DNA from: Shewanella sp.
GTDB taxonomy: Bacteria > Pseudomonadota > Gammaproteobacteria > Enterobacterales > Shewanellaceae
Reading direction: 5' to 3'
Assembly (NCBI GenBank): GCA_021462625.1
Contig: JAJNAU010000001.1
Coordinates: 3,499-67,498, forward strand
Length of the DNA stretch: 64,000 nucleotides
Shown: piece after piece, positions 49,162 through 61,306 of the stretch
Numbering within the stretch: the stretch's first letter is position 1
Layout of the letters: every line of letters begins with the position of its first letter
Program-made: the position numbers and the translations under genes
Notes under the pieces: generated by a model
Told to the model about the DNA's origin: nothing
Seen by the model: the letters and a program-made list of their open reading frames with translations, nothing else
Databases searched by the model: none

Positions 49162-50532
49162 ATGTTCGATTTTTTGTGGAATCTGGGCTCATTTATCGTT
49201 GCCCTGGGGATTTTGATTACCGCCCATGAGTTTGGTCACTTCTGGGTGGCCAGACGTTGTGGCGTGAAAGTTGAGCGTTTTTCTATCGGCTTTGGCAAGG
49301 CGATTTGGCGTAAAGTCGGCCAAGACGGCACCGAATATGTGGTGGCGCTTATTCCCCTTGGCGGCTATGTCAAAATGCTGGATGAGCGGGTCGAAGATGT
49401 CCCCGAACACCTCAAACATCAGGCGTTCAACCGCAAATCAGTTTGGCAGCGCATCGCCATTGTCACTGCAGGCCCGATCGCCAACTTTATTTTCGCCATC
49501 TTTGTTCTGTACATCATGTACCTGATTGGCGTCCCCTCTATTAAGCCTGTCGTGGACAGTGTCAAAGCCGGCACTCCTGCTGCTGTAGTGCAACTTAACA
49601 ATAAGCCGGAAGAAATACTGGCTGTTGGTGGCCAAAAAGTCCGTAATTGGGAAGAGGTTAATCTGGCGTTGATGGCCCAGATAGGTTACCCATCAATTGA
49701 GCTGACATTGGCACCGCTGGACAGATTGCAGGATGCCAGTAACAGCCGCACCTTTACCCTGGACACCCGCAACTGGAACTTTGACCCGGATAAGCAACTG
49801 CCTTCAACCAGTCTGGGGCTTAATGCTTATCGTCCGGCCATTACTCCGGTCATTGCCGTGGTCAGTGATGGCAGTGCAGCGGCCAAAGCCGGTATGAAAA
49901 AAGGCGATGTGATAGTGGCGGTGGATGGCAAGCCATATCCAGGCTGGGATGCGCTTGCTGAAGCGATTCGTGGCAGTGCCAACAACGCCATGAATATCAC
50001 AGTGCGTCGTGATGTTCAGCAGCTGCCGCTAACGGTGACACCGGAAGCAGTTGAGGGCGCTGATGGCAAGACTATCGGCGTCATGGGGATAGCTCCAACT
50101 GCGGAAAATTGGCCGGAAAACATGCGCCTGCAGATGCAGTATGGCATAGTGGATGCCTTTGGTGCGGCACTGGACAAAACCTGGAAGCTGATGGATGTCA
50201 GCGTTCGCATGTTTGGTAAGCTCCTGACTGGCGATGTGTCGGTGAAAAACCTAAGCGGCCCTATCTCCATTGCGCAGGGGGCCGGAAACAGTGCAGAATT
50301 CGGTCTGGTTTATTTTCTGGGCTTTTTGGCGCTGATCAGTGTCAATCTGGGCATAGTGAACCTACTGCCTTTGCCGATATTGGATGGTGGCCATTTGATG
50401 TATTACCTGGTTGAAGTGGTAACAGGTAAACCCGTACCTGAAAGAATTCAGGAAATTGGATTCAGACTTGGGGCAGCATTGCTGCTGATGTTGATGAGCG
50501 TTGCGCTGTTCAACGACTTTGCCCGACTCTGA
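49162..50532 (+). CDS. rseP: RIP metalloprotease RseP
   Basis: HEFGH, two PDZ domains and NLLPLPILDGGH. Confidence 0.97.
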   Translation: MFDFLWNLGSFIVALGILITAHEFGHFWVARRCGVKVERFSIGFGKAIWRKVGQDGTEYVVALIPLGGYVKMLDERVEDVPEHLKHQAFNRKSVWQRIAIVTAGPIANFIFAIFVLYIMYLIGVPSIKPVVDSVKAGTPAAVVQLNNKPEEILAVGGQKVRNWEEVNLALMAQIGYPSIELTLAPLDRLQDASNSRTFTLDTRNWNFDPDKQLPSTSLGLNAYRPAITPVIAVVSDGSAAAKAGMKKGDVIVAVDGKPYPGWDALAEAIRGSANNAMNITVRRDVQQLPLTVTPEAVEGADGKTIGVMGIAPTAENWPENMRLQMQYGIVDAFGAALDKTWKLMDVSVRMFGKLLTGDVSVKNLSGPISIAQGAGNSAEFGLVYFLGFLALISVNLGIVNLLPLPILDGGHLMYYLVEVVTGKPVPERIQEIGFRLGAALLLMLMSVALFNDFARL

Positions 50533-50563
50533 GCAAGGACAGACAAATAATTAGAAGTGCTCT

Positions 50564-53041
50564 ATGAGATTGAATAAACTTTTTGCCTCGATGTTATTGG
50601 TCGGTGCGACAGTATCAGGGAATGCCCACGCTGGATTTGAACCATTTACTGTCACCGATATTCAGGTAGACGGACTTCAGCGGGTAGCTCTGGGTGCTGC
50701 ACTGCTCAGTTTACCTATTAAGGTCGGCGACACTGTTAATCAAACCAAACTGCAGCAGGCCATCAAGAGCCTATATGCCTCGACTAACTTTGAGGATGTC
50801 AAAGTGTCCCGGGATGGCGGCGTGTTGATCGTTGAGGTGAAAGAGCGCCCGACCATCAGTGCCATCACTTTTGAAGGCAACAAGGACATCAAAGACGAGC
50901 AACTGCAGGAAAGTTTGGACGGCAGTGGTGTAACAGTCGGCGAAGCGCTCGACCGCACCATGATCTCCGGCATCGAAAAGGGCCTGCAGGACTTCTACTA
51001 TGGTGTGGGTAAATATGGTGCCAAGGTGGAAGCTCAGGTCATCAATTTACCCCGTAACCGGGTTGAGCTGAAGTTCAAGTTTACTGAAGGTCTGGCGGCA
51101 GAAATCAAGCAAATCAACTTTGTTGGCAACACCGTATTCAGCGATGCCCAATTGCGCGGCATGATTGAACTGAAAGACTATGTGGCCTGGTGGGATCTGT
51201 TCGGCGAGCGTCGTTATCAGAAACAAAAGTTGCAGGCGGACTTGGAAACCATCAAGAACGCCTATCAGAACGATGGCTATATTCGCTTTAATGTGACCTC
51301 CACTCAGGTGGCCATGACGCCGGACCGCAAGGGACTGTACATCACCATCAACGTGGATGAAGGCGAACAGTACAAGGTCAAGGAAGTTAACCTGACCGGT
51401 GATTTGATGGGACGTGAAGAGCTGATGAAGGCGATTTTGCCTATCAAAGCTGGCACCACCTACGACGGTGGCGATGTGACCTTTACCGAAGAGATGTACT
51501 CCAAGTATCTTGGCCGCTTCGGTTATGCCTACCCCGAAGTGAAGACTTACCCTGAAATTGATGATGCCACCAAGGAAGTCACCCTTAACATCAACATCAA
51601 ACCGGGCAAGCGGGTTTATGTGCGCAACATTAACGTGACAGGTAACGATATCACCAAGGATGAAGTGCTTCGCCGCGAGATGCGACAGATGGAAGGCTCC
51701 TGGCTGAACTCGGCTTTGGTGGAAACCTCCAAGGCCCGCTTGAACCGTTTGGGCTTCTTCGAGTCCGTGGATACCGAAACCGTGCAGGTGCCCGGCAGCG
51801 ACGATCTGGTGGACGTGAACTTTGCCGTGAAAGAGCAGCCATCCGGCTCCTTTAACGCCGGTGTGGGTTATGGTACCGAATCCGGTTTGAGCCTGCAGTT
51901 TGGTGTGCAGCAGAGTAACTTCCTGGGTACGGGTAATCAGGCGGGTATCAACCTGTCGACCAACAAGTACTCCAAGAATATCAACCTGTCCTATACAGAC
52001 CCATACTTCACCAAAGATGGCGTGAGTCTGGGGGGCAGTATCTACTGGAATGAGTTCGACGCCAACGAGGCTAACCTTGAGCGTTACAAGAATAAATCCT
52101 ACGGCGTGGCATTGAACACCGGTTTCCCGATCAACGAATACAACCGGATTAATGCGGGTGTAGGTTATCGCCACAACACTATTTCGGAAATCTCAGCCTA
52201 CCAGCAGGCACTGCGCTTCTACGATATTTACCGCGAGAATGATGATCCCAACAGTGAACTGAGCTTTGACAATTTTGAGCTGAGCCTGGGCTGGTATCGC
52301 TCGACCCTGAACCGCGGGACCTTCCCTACCGATGGGTCTTCCCAGCGCCTGTCAGGTAAGATGACAGTGCCAGGTTCCGATCTGCAGTACTTCAAGACTG
52401 AATTTGATACCAGCTTCTACTTCCCGCTGACCCGCAGTCACAACTTTGTGCTGCTGACCCGCGCCAAGGCCGGTTACGGCAACGGTTATGGCAAGTTCAA
52501 TGACAATGATCAGATCCTGCCATTCTGGGAAAACTACTACCTGGGCGGTACCTCGCTGCGAGGCTTTAAGTCCAACACTGTCGGTCCCCGTTCTTTCTAC
52601 GTGATGCGCGATAACGAACCCTGTCCGCCGGACCCAAGTGGCAAGGGCTGTTCGCTGCCTGGCGATCCTAACCGGATTGAGGTCAGTCAGGGGCGCAGTA
52701 TCGGTGGTAACGCCATGGCGGTGGCCAGTATGGAGTTGATTGTACCGACCCCATTTTTGGATGAAGCCTACACCAACTCGGTGCGTACCAGCTTCTTCAT
52801 GGATGCCGGTAACGTCTGGGATACTGAGTTTGACTATAATTTTTACCGCTATTTGCCCGCAGATCAGTTTGATAAGCTGCAGGATTTCAGCGACCCTTCA
52901 CGCATTCGAGCCTCCTGGGGAATGAGCGTGCAATGGTTGTCGCCTATGGGGCCTATGGTATTCAGTCTGGCCTGGCCAATTAAAGAGTACGAAGATGACG
53001 ATACTGAGATCTTCTCCTTCAATATTGGCAAAACATTCTAA
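50564..53041 (+). CDS. bamA: Outer membrane protein assembly factor BamA
   Basis: POTRA domains, LRGF motif and C-terminal FSFNIGKTF. Confidence 0.98.
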   Translation: MRLNKLFASMLLVGATVSGNAHAGFEPFTVTDIQVDGLQRVALGAALLSLPIKVGDTVNQTKLQQAIKSLYASTNFEDVKVSRDGGVLIVEVKERPTISAITFEGNKDIKDEQLQESLDGSGVTVGEALDRTMISGIEKGLQDFYYGVGKYGAKVEAQVINLPRNRVELKFKFTEGLAAEIKQINFVGNTVFSDAQLRGMIELKDYVAWWDLFGERRYQKQKLQADLETIKNAYQNDGYIRFNVTSTQVAMTPDRKGLYITINVDEGEQYKVKEVNLTGDLMGREELMKAILPIKAGTTYDGGDVTFTEEMYSKYLGRFGYAYPEVKTYPEIDDATKEVTLNINIKPGKRVYVRNINVTGNDITKDEVLRREMRQMEGSWLNSALVETSKARLNRLGFFESVDTETVQVPGSDDLVDVNFAVKEQPSGSFNAGVGYGTESGLSLQFGVQQSNFLGTGNQAGINLSTNKYSKNINLSYTDPYFTKDGVSLGGSIYWNEFDANEANLERYKNKSYGVALNTGFPINEYNRINAGVGYRHNTISEISAYQQALRFYDIYRENDDPNSELSFDNFELSLGWYRSTLNRGTFPTDGSSQRLSGKMTVPGSDLQYFKTEFDTSFYFPLTRSHNFVLLTRAKAGYGNGYGKFNDNDQILPFWENYYLGGTSLRGFKSNTVGPRSFYVMRDNEPCPPDPSGKGCSLPGDPNRIEVSQGRSIGGNAMAVASMELIVPTPFLDEAYTNSVRTSFFMDAGNVWDTEFDYNFYRYLPADQFDKLQDFSDPSRIRASWGMSVQWLSPMGPMVFSLAWPIKEYEDDDTEIFSFNIGKTF

Positions 53042-53096
53042 AACACATACACTCGGCACGTTTCTAATGCCAAAAGCAAGGATAAAGGAGCTTATT

Positions 53097-53603
53097 TTGA
53101 ACAAGATGGTAAACCGCGCACTGATGACTCTGATAATGCTGGGAGCACCACTGATGGCCCATGCAGAGAAGATTGCGGTAGTAGATATGGCGGCAGTGTT
53201 TGAGCAACTGCCTCAGCGTGAACAGATAAGCAAGCAGCTGGAAAGCGAGTTTGGTGATCGCATGGCGTCAGTAAAGAAGCTGCAGGAAGAGCTGCGCACT
53301 ATGGCTGAGAAAAACCAGCGTGATGCTGCGCTGATGAGCGAAGCCCAGAAGATTGAACTCCAGCGCAATATGGCATCCAAGAAGTCTGAGCTGCAGCTGA
53401 AAGGTAAGGCGCTGGATGAAGATCTACGTCGCCGTCAGGGTGAAGAGCAGAACAAACTGCTGGCTCAAGTCCAGAAGGTGATCTCCTCTGTGGCCAAGAA
53501 AGGTAAATATGAGATTGTGCTACAGCGCGGTGCGACTATGTACGTCAAACCAGATGCCGACATCAGCAAGCAGGTAGTTGAGGCCTTGAGCAAAGGCAAC
53601 TAA
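53097..53603 (+). CDS. skp: Periplasmic chaperone Skp/OmpH
   Basis: Signal peptide, KIAVVDM and coiled coils; TTG start after AAGGAG. Confidence 0.92.
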   Translation: MNKMVNRALMTLIMLGAPLMAHAEKIAVVDMAAVFEQLPQREQISKQLESEFGDRMASVKKLQEELRTMAEKNQRDAALMSEAQKIELQRNMASKKSELQLKGKALDEDLRRRQGEEQNKLLAQVQKVISSVAKKGKYEIVLQRGATMYVKPDADISKQVVEALSKGN

Positions 53604-53607
53604 TTGA

Positions 53608-54633
53608 ATGAAAAGTGTGACCTTGAAACAACTGGGCGAGCTGTTGAACGCCCAGGTGAAGGGTGATCAACACATTGAGATTTTCGGTGTTTCCACCCTG
53701 GAGCTGGCCCAAAGTGGCCAGCTGACTTTTTTAGCCAACAGCAAATACCGCAACCAGCTTGAGCAAACTCAGGCTAGTGCGGTGTTATTGTCTGAAAAGG
53801 ATGCTGAATCTTATGAAGGCAATGCCCTGGTGCTGAAAGACCCTTATGTGGGCTTTGCCAGGGTAGCACAATTGCTGGATACCACCCCACGTACGGCCGA
53901 CGGCATTCACCCCTCTGCGCAAATAGACCCATCCGCCCAACTGGGTGAAGGCGTTGCCATTGGGGCCAATGCGGTTATCGGTGCCAATGTGATTCTGGGT
54001 GAAAACGTGCAGATTGGTGCAGGTACAGTCATCGGTCAGGACACTATTATCGGCAGCGGCACCCGTTTGTGGGCCAATGTTACTGTCTACCATGACGTGC
54101 ATCTGGGGCAGGAGTGTATTGTTCACTCCTGCGCTGTGATTGGCTCTGACGGTTTTGGTTATGCCAATGAGCGCGGTCAGTGGGTCAAGATCCCGCAGAC
54201 CGGTGGTGTTCGCATTGGCGACAAGGTTGAGATTGGCGCAGGTGCCACTATCGACCGGGGCGCGCTGGCCAATACAGAAATTCACGATGGCGTGATTCTG
54301 GACAATCAGGTGCAGATCGCCCACAACGATATTATCGGTGCCCATACAGCCATTGCCGGTTGTACTGTGGTTGCCGGCAGTGTGACCATAGGGAAGCACT
54401 GTATTATCGGTGGTAACTGTGCCATCTCCGGCCACTTAAGCATTTGTGATGGGGCCCACATCAGTGGCAGTACCAACATCACCAATAATGTGAAAGGGCC
54501 GGGTCTGCTGTCTTCTGCGACTGTTGCCATGGACAACCGTACCTGGCGTAAGAATACAGTCCGCTTCCGCCAACTGGATGAGTTGTTCCAGCGGGTGAGG
54601 AAGATTGAAAAAACAATCAAAACTGAAGATTGA
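53608..54633 (+). CDS. lpxD: UDP-3-O-acylglucosamine N-acyltransferase
   Basis: TFLAN, DGFGY, TIDRG and DNQVQIAHN. Confidence 0.97.
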   Translation: MKSVTLKQLGELLNAQVKGDQHIEIFGVSTLELAQSGQLTFLANSKYRNQLEQTQASAVLLSEKDAESYEGNALVLKDPYVGFARVAQLLDTTPRTADGIHPSAQIDPSAQLGEGVAIGANAVIGANVILGENVQIGAGTVIGQDTIIGSGTRLWANVTVYHDVHLGQECIVHSCAVIGSDGFGYANERGQWVKIPQTGGVRIGDKVEIGAGATIDRGALANTEIHDGVILDNQVQIAHNDIIGAHTAIAGCTVVAGSVTIGKHCIIGGNCAISGHLSICDGAHISGSTNITNNVKGPGLLSSATVAMDNRTWRKNTVRFRQLDELFQRVRKIEKTIKTED

Positions 54634-54662
54634 CAGTCCTGCACTGTAGAGGAAACGAGCTC

Positions 54663-55124
54663 GTGTCTAATGAAATGAACACTATGGATATCAAGGAAAT
54701 ACTTGAGTATTTGCCACACAGATATCCATTCCTGTTGATCGATCGCGTACTGGATTTCACCCCGGGTGAAACCCTTCACGCCATTAAGAACGTTACCATC
54801 AATGAACCTTTCTTCCAGGGGCACTTTCCGGTGCAGCCTGTGATGCCGGGTGTATTGATCCTGGAAGCCATGGCACAGGCTACCGGCTTGCTGGCGTTCA
54901 AAACCATGAGCAACAAACCGTCTCCTGATGTGCTGTACTATTTTGCCGGTATCGATAACGCCCGCTTTAAGCGTGTGGTTGAGCCAGGCGATCAGCTGCA
55001 CTTTAACGTGAAAATGATCAAGGAGCGCCGCGGGATAGGCGTATTCCAGGGTGAAGCCAGAGTTGATGGCGAGCTGGTTTGCTCGGCTGAAATCATGTGT
55101 GCTCGCAGAGAGATTGGCAAGTGA
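54663..55124 (+). CDS. fabZ: 3-hydroxyacyl-ACP dehydratase
   Basis: [13 protein letters not shown] and [18 protein letters not shown]; GTG start. Confidence 0.97.
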   Translation: MSNEMNTMDIKEILEYLPHRYPFLLIDRVLDFTPGETLHAIKNVTINEPFFQGHFPVQPVMPGVLILEAMAQATGLLAFKTMSNKPSPDVLYYFAGIDNARFKRVVEPGDQLHFNVKMIKERRGIGVFQGEARVDGELVCSAEIMCARREIGK

Positions 55125-55891
55125 TTGATAAATTAGCGTTTGTACATCCCGATGCCAAGGTTGGCAACAATGTTACCATTGGCCCATGGAGCTATATTGG
55201 CGAAGGTGTCGAGATTGGGGATGATTGCTGGATAAGCTCTCACGTCGTGATCAAAGGTCCAACCCTGATTGGCAAAAGCAACCGGATTTTCCAGTTTGCC
55301 TCTGTGGGTGAGGACTGTCAGGACAAAAAGTACGCCGGTGAGCCTACCCGTCTGATTATCGGTGACAACAACATCATTCGTGAGTCTGTCACGATTCACC
55401 GCGGCACCATTCAGGACAACAGCGAAACCCGTATCGGTTCCAACAACCTGTTTATGGCTTATGTGCATATCGCCCATGACTGCGTGGTGGGTAACAATGT
55501 GATTATGGCCAATAATGCCTCTATCGCCGGTCACTGCCATGTGGGTGATTTCGCGATTCTGGGCGGTATGACAGGGGTGCATCAGTTTGTGCGCATTGGT
55601 GCTCACGCCTTTACTGCCGGTTGCTCTCTGGTACTGCAGGATGTGCCTCCCTTTGTAATGGCCTCCGGTCAGGCGGCTACGCCACGTGGTTTGAATTTCG
55701 AAGGTATGAAGCGCCGCGGTTTCTCCAGGGAAACTCAGCAGGCGATGCGCCGCGCCTACAAGACCATGTACCGCTCAAGCCTGACAGTGGCCGAAGCGGC
55801 TGAAGCCTTGGTGGAAGATGCTCAGCAATTCCCCGAAGTGGCGAACTTTGTTGAATTTTGCACCAGTTCCAACCGGGGTATTATTCGCTGA
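55121..55891 (+). CDS. lpxA: UDP-N-acetylglucosamine O-acyltransferase
   Basis: [21 protein letters not shown] and VHQF. Confidence 0.97.
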   Translation: MIDKLAFVHPDAKVGNNVTIGPWSYIGEGVEIGDDCWISSHVVIKGPTLIGKSNRIFQFASVGEDCQDKKYAGEPTRLIIGDNNIIRESVTIHRGTIQDNSETRIGSNNLFMAYVHIAHDCVVGNNVIMANNASIAGHCHVGDFAILGGMTGVHQFVRIGAHAFTAGCSLVLQDVPPFVMASGQAATPRGLNFEGMKRRGFSRETQQAMRRAYKTMYRSSLTVAEAAEALVEDAQQFPEVANFVEFCTSSNRGIIR

Positions 55892-55893
55892 TT

Positions 55894-57042
55894 ATGACAA
55901 GCCAAACCAAACCGCTTGTTTTTGCTATGGTCGCCGGAGAAGTCTCCGGCGATATTTTAGGTGCTGGATTAATCAAGGCCCTCAAGCAAAGACATCCAGA
56001 TGCCAGATTCGTGGGCATAGGTGGCCCACGAATGAACGCGCTGGGATTTGAATCTCTGTATTTCATGGAAGAGCTTGCCGTGATGGGCATAGTTGAAGTG
56101 CTCTCCCGTCTGCCGCATTTGCTCAGTATCAGAAACGGCCTGGTTAAGCAGATCCTTGAAATCAAGCCTGACTGCTTTATCGGTATCGATGCGCCGGATT
56201 TTAACCTGGGCGTTGAGCTGAAACTCAAACAGGCAGGCATCAAGACAGTGCATTACGTCAGTCCCTCGGTGTGGGCCTGGCGTCCTAAGCGCATTTTCAA
56301 AATCGAGAAGGCCACCAACATGGTGCTGGCGCTGCTGCCTTTTGAAAAAGCCTTCTACGACAAGTATCAGGTACCTTGTACCTTTGTGGGTCATACCCTG
56401 GCGGATGATATCCCCATGGAAAGCGACAAGGTTGCAGCCCGTGAGCAACTTGGGTTAGATCCTGAGGGCGAATATCTGGCCATTCTGCCGGGCTCCCGTG
56501 GCGGTGAGCTGAAAATGCTGGCCGAACCTTTTGTGAAGGCGGCGAGCCTGATCAAGCAGGAGTACCCGGACGTTCGCTTTATCACCCCTTTGGTGAATGA
56601 AACCCGCAGACAGCAGTTTGTGGAGGCGCTCGAGGCACATGCGCCGGGTCTGCAGATCCAATTGGTTGAAGGTCACTCCCGTGAAGTAATGACAGCCTGT
56701 GATGCCATTTTGCTGGCATCGGGTACCGCGACCCTGGAAGCCATGCTGGTGAAGCGTCCTATGGTGGTGGCTTATCGGGTTGCGCCCATGACTTACCGCA
56801 TTGCCAAGCGCCTGATGCAGATTGACAGATTCTCTTTGCCTAACCTGTTGGCTGGCGGTGATCTTGTACCAGAGCTTATCCAGGCCGATTGTACGCCGGA
56901 GAAGATTGCCAAGGCAGTTGGCAATATGCTGAACCGTGATAACAGGGCGTTGATCGATACCTTTACCCAACTTCATCAGCAGATCCGTCGTAATGCCAGT
57001 GAGCGTGCGGCTGATGCTGTGATGGCCTTGATAGGGGCCTAA
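55894..57042 (+). CDS. lpxB: Lipid-A-disaccharide synthase
   Basis: [24 protein letters not shown] and LPGSR. Confidence 0.97.
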   Translation: MTSQTKPLVFAMVAGEVSGDILGAGLIKALKQRHPDARFVGIGGPRMNALGFESLYFMEELAVMGIVEVLSRLPHLLSIRNGLVKQILEIKPDCFIGIDAPDFNLGVELKLKQAGIKTVHYVSPSVWAWRPKRIFKIEKATNMVLALLPFEKAFYDKYQVPCTFVGHTLADDIPMESDKVAAREQLGLDPEGEYLAILPGSRGGELKMLAEPFVKAASLIKQEYPDVRFITPLVNETRRQQFVEALEAHAPGLQIQLVEGHSREVMTACDAILLASGTATLEAMLVKRPMVVAYRVAPMTYRIAKRLMQIDRFSLPNLLAGGDLVPELIQADCTPEKIAKAVGNMLNRDNRALIDTFTQLHQQIRRNASERAADAVMALIGA

Positions 57043-57056
57043 TCAGGTTAATTAGT

Positions 57057-57677
57057 ATGGCAGTATTAAAAAATCTGACGCCAGAGCAGGCAGCAGCACT
57101 CTGTGTAGGTTTGGTGGCCGGTGTCGATGAGGTGGGCCGGGGTCCGCTGATTGGCGATGTGGTGACCGCCGCCGTGATTCTGAATCCAGACAAACCCATC
57201 GCCGGGCTCAATGATTCCAAAAAGCTCAGCGAGAAAAAGCGTGACGCGCTTTATTCAGAGATTATGGAGAAGGCGCTGGCCGTCAGCGTCGGGCGTTGCA
57301 GCCCTGCCGAAATCGATGAGCTGAATATTCTGCATGCTACCATGAAGGCCATGCAGCGTGCCGTTGCCGGGCTGAGCATAAGGCCTGAAAAAGTGCTGGT
57401 AGACGGTAACCGCACACCGGACTTTGGTATTGTGGCTGATGCCGTGGTGAAAGGCGATGGTCTGATTGACGCTATCAGTGCTGCATCCATTATTGCCAAG
57501 GTGGTTCGCGATAAAGAGATGCAAGCCCTGGATGCCAAATATCCCCAGTATGGTCTGGCCAAGCACAAGGGCTACCCGACCAAGGCGCATTTCGAGGCGC
57601 TGGAGCAATACGGTGTACTGCCCGAGCATAGACGCAGCTTCCGTCCGGTACGAGAATGGCTGGAGCAGCACGGCTGA
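57057..57677 (+). CDS. rnhB: Ribonuclease HII
   Basis: [18 protein letters not shown] and AASIIAKV. Confidence 0.97.
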   Translation: MAVLKNLTPEQAAALCVGLVAGVDEVGRGPLIGDVVTAAVILNPDKPIAGLNDSKKLSEKKRDALYSEIMEKALAVSVGRCSPAEIDELNILHATMKAMQRAVAGLSIRPEKVLVDGNRTPDFGIVADAVVKGDGLIDAISAASIIAKVVRDKEMQALDAKYPQYGLAKHKGYPTKAHFEALEQYGVLPEHRRSFRPVREWLEQHG

Positions 57678-57832
57678 AGCAGGTTGACCTCTGGGGCACC
57701 TTTTTACATCCAGGTTAGGGGCTGGCCGCCGGTATGAACCTCTGGCTCCAAGAATCGGTTTTGTGCTTTGGCGACCTGCCGGTTCATGTTATCTTTCGTT
57801 TTTGAAATTCATAGAATCAAGTCGTTTTTGCC

Positions 57833-60800
57833 ATGTCCCAGCCCCGCTTTGTTCACCTGCGTTGTCACTCAGACTTTTCCATGGTCGATGGACTTACCAA
57901 GATCAAGCCTATTCTTGGCAAGATTGAAGAGTTGGGCATGCCTGCTTTTGCCCTGACAGATCAGAACAACCTCTGTGGTCTGGTGAAGTTTTACAGTGGC
58001 TGCCACGACAAAGGCATCAAGCCCATTATCGGCGCCGACTTTAACATGATGGTACCCGGGTTTGAAAAGGACTTTTGCAGCCTGACAGTGCTGGCCATGA
58101 ATAATCCCGGTTATCAGAATCTGACCGACCTAATCAGCCGCGCCTATCTTCGTGGTCACGTGGATGACACTGTAGTGATCGATCAGGAGTGGCTTATCGA
58201 ATACGGCGAGGGGATTTTGTTGCTGGGCGGCGGCAAGGATGGCGACATAGGAAAGGCGCTGCTCAAGGGCAATATGGCGCAGGCAAACAGTTTGGCGGAA
58301 TTTTACCGTAGCCATTTTGACGGCAGATATTACCTGGAGTTGCTGCGCACCGGGCGGCCTGACGAGGAACGTTACCTGCATGCCGCCGTAGCCTTTGCTC
58401 AAGAGCAGGAACTGCCCGTGGTGGCCACCAATCAGGTGGTGTTCCTGACACCCAGGGAGTTTGAGGCCCACGAAATCCGGGTGGCTATTCATGACGGCTA
58501 TACCCTGGCCGATCCCCGCCGTCCCAAGCAGTACAGTGATCAGCAGTATCTGAAATCAGAGCAGGAAATGTGTGACCTGTTTGCTGACATCCCCGAGGCG
58601 CTGGAAAACACAGTCGAAATCGCCAAGCGCTGTAATGTGACTGTACGTTTGGGGGAATACTTCCTGCCCAACTTCCCCACCGGCGATATGTCTATTGAAG
58701 ACTATCTGGTTCACGTGTCTAAAACCGGGCTTGAAGAGCGTCTGGAGTTCCTGTTCCCTGATCCCAAAGAGCGGGCTGAAAAGCGCGGCGAGTATGACGA
58801 GCGTCTGGATGTAGAGCTGAAAGTCATCAACCAGATGGGATTTCCCGGCTACTTCCTTATCGTGATGGAGTTTATCCAGTGGGCTAAGGATAATGGCATT
58901 CCTGTGGGGCCGGGCCGGGGTTCGGGTGCGGGCTCTTTGGTGGCCTATGCCCTGAAAATTACCGATTTGGACCCACTGGAATTCGATTTGCTGTTTGAGC
59001 GATTTCTGAACCCTGAGCGGGTATCCATGCCCGACTTCGACGTAGACTTCTGTATGGATCGCCGCGACGAGGTGATTGACCACGTGGCCGAATTGTACGG
59101 TCGTGGGGCGGTGTCCCAGATTATTACCTTCGGTACCATGGCGGCCAAGGCGGTAATCCGCGATGTGGGCCGGGTGCTGGGCCACCCTTACGGGTTTGTG
59201 GACCGAATCTCCAAGATGGTGCCGGCCGAGCCGGGAATGACCCTGGCTAAAGCATTTGAGGTTGAGCCCGGCTTGCCTGAGGCCTATGAAGCCGATGAGG
59301 AAGTGCGCGATCTTATCGATATGTGCCGCAAGCTCGAAGGGGTGACCCGTAACGCCGGTAAACACGCCGGGGGCGTGGTGATTGCGCCAACTAAGATCAC
59401 CGACTTTGCGCCGCTTTACTGCGACAGCGAAGGTAAGTTTCCGGTAACCCAGTTCGACAAGAACGACGTGGAATATGCCGGGCTGGTGAAGTTCGACTTT
59501 TTGGGTTTGAGAACCCTGACCATTATCGACTGGGCGCTGGGGATGATTAACCCGCGATTGGCCAAAGCCGGTAAGGAGCCGGTGGATATCGCCGCGATCC
59601 CGTTAGATGACAAAGCCTCTTTCAAGATGTTGCAGCGTTACGAAACCACGGCGGTATTCCAGCTTGAATCCCGTGGGATGAAAGACCTGATTAAGCGTCT
59701 GCAGCCTGATTGTTTCGAAGATATGATCGCTCTGGTGGCACTGTTCCGCCCAGGTCCCCTGCAGTCAGGCATGGTGGATAACTTCATCGAGCGTAAGCAC
59801 GGCCGGGAAGAGATTTCTTATCCGGATTCCACCTGGCAGCATGAGAGTCTCAAGCCGATTCTGGAGCCCACCTACGGCATTATCCTGTATCAGGAACAGG
59901 TAATGCAGATTGCCCAGACACTGGCAGACTACACCCTGGGCGGTGCAGATATGCTGCGCCGGGCCATGGGTAAGAAAAAGCCGGAGGAGATGGCCAAGCA
60001 ACGCGGTACTTTCCAGGCCGGGGCCGAGCAGAGCGGCGTCGATGGCGAGTTGGCGATGAAGATCTTTGACCTAGTGGAGAAGTTCGCCGGTTACGGCTTC
60101 AACAAGTCGCACTCGGCTGCCTATGCATTGGTGTCCTACCAAACCCTGTGGCTCAAGGCGCACTTCCCGGCAGAGTTTATGGCGGCGGTAATGTCCGCCG
60201 ATATGGACAATACCGACAAGATTGTGACCCTGGTGGATGAATGTGAGCGCATGGGGCTGCCGATTATTCCGCCGGATGTGAACAAGGGCCTGTTTAAATT
60301 CACTGTGGATGATGAGCAGAACATCGTCTATGGCGTTGGCGCGATTAAAGGGGTGGGTGAAGGCCCGGTCGAGTCCATTCTTAAAGCCCGTGAGGATGGA
60401 CTGTTCAAGGACCTGTTTGATTTCTGTGCCCGGGTGGACTTGAAAAAACTTAATCGCCGGGTGATTGAGCGGCTTATCCGCGCCGGCGCCCTGGATTCGC
60501 TGGGGCCACACCGCGCTTCCATGATGGAAACTCTGCCTGAGGCCATGCGTGCCGCCGAGCAGCACGCCAAGGCCAGCGCCATAGGCCAGTGTGACATGTT
60601 CGGCCTGCTTAACAGTGAGCCGGAAGACACCAAGCAGCAGTTTGTGAATTGTGTGCCCTGGCCGGATAAAGTCTGGCTCGAGGGTGAGCGTGAGACACTG
60701 GGTCTGTACCTGACAGGGCACCCTATCAATCAGTATCTGAAGGAGCTCAGACAATATACCTCTGGTCGGCTTAAGGATATTCATCCTACCGAGCGGGGCA

Positions 60801-61306
60801 AGACAGTCAAAGCTGCCGGGCTGGTGATCGGCTCGCGGGTGATGCTGACCAAACGGGGATCCAAAATGGGACTGGTGACATTGGATGATAAAAGTGGTCG
60901 TCTGGAGTGCATGCTGTTTACCGAAGCCTTTGAGAAGTTCAGTCATCTGATCGAAAAAGACCGCATCCTCATCTGTGAAGGCGAAGTGTCTTATGATGAT
61001 TACTCTGGCGGTAATCGTATGACGATCCGCAATATGATTGATATCAGTGAGGCTCGCAGTCATTTTGCTCAGGCACTGGAAATTGATCTCGACAGTCAGC
61101 TGATTTCCCCTGACTGGCTGGAGCGTTTCGGTGAGGTGCTTCAGCCCTGGCGTAATGGCGCCGTACCTGTGGTGGTGAACTATGCCCAGGTACAGGCCAG
61201 AGGCCAGTTCCGCCTTGGTGATGAGTGGCGGGTGAATCCCACCGATGATCTGGTGCTTAATCTGCAACAGCTCATTGGTCCGGATAAAGTCAGGATCCTG
61301 TTTTGA
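57833..61306 (+). CDS. dnaE: DNA polymerase III alpha subunit
   Basis: [22 protein letters not shown] and SMPDFDVDF. Confidence 0.99.
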   Translation: MSQPRFVHLRCHSDFSMVDGLTKIKPILGKIEELGMPAFALTDQNNLCGLVKFYSGCHDKGIKPIIGADFNMMVPGFEKDFCSLTVLAMNNPGYQNLTDLISRAYLRGHVDDTVVIDQEWLIEYGEGILLLGGGKDGDIGKALLKGNMAQANSLAEFYRSHFDGRYYLELLRTGRPDEERYLHAAVAFAQEQELPVVATNQVVFLTPREFEAHEIRVAIHDGYTLADPRRPKQYSDQQYLKSEQEMCDLFADIPEALENTVEIAKRCNVTVRLGEYFLPNFPTGDMSIEDYLVHVSKTGLEERLEFLFPDPKERAEKRGEYDERLDVELKVINQMGFPGYFLIVMEFIQWAKDNGIPVGPGRGSGAGSLVAYALKITDLDPLEFDLLFERFLNPERVSMPDFDVDFCMDRRDEVIDHVAELYGRGAVSQIITFGTMAAKAVIRDVGRVLGHPYGFVDRISKMVPAEPGMTLAKAFEVEPGLPEAYEADEEVRDLIDMCRKLEGVTRNAGKHAGGVVIAPTKITDFAPLYCDSEGKFPVTQFDKNDVEYAGLVKFDFLGLRTLTIIDWALGMINPRLAKAGKEPVDIAAIPLDDKASFKMLQRYETTAVFQLESRGMKDLIKRLQPDCFEDMIALVALFRPGPLQSGMVDNFIERKHGREEISYPDSTWQHESLKPILEPTYGIILYQEQVMQIAQTLADYTLGGADMLRRAMGKKKPEEMAKQRGTFQAGAEQSGVDGELAMKIFDLVEKFAGYGFNKSHSAAYALVSYQTLWLKAHFPAEFMAAVMSADMDNTDKIVTLVDECERMGLPIIPPDVNKGLFKFTVDDEQNIVYGVGAIKGVGEGPVESILKAREDGLFKDLFDFCARVDLKKLNRRVIERLIRAGALDSLGPHRASMMETLPEAMRAAEQHAKASAIGQCDMFGLLNSEPEDTKQQFVNCVPWPDKVWLEGERETLGLYLTGHPINQYLKELRQYTSGRLKDIHPTERGKTVKAAGLVIGSRVMLTKRGSKMGLVTLDDKSGRLECMLFTEAFEKFSHLIEKDRILICEGEVSYDDYSGGNRMTIRNMIDISEARSHFAQALEIDLDSQLISPDWLERFGEVLQPWRNGAVPVVVNYAQVQARGQFRLGDEWRVNPTDDLVLNLQQLIGPDKVRILF

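Noticed and set aside
57833-61306. Intein or split in dnaE
   Set aside because: Normal length (1157 aa) with no insertion motifs.
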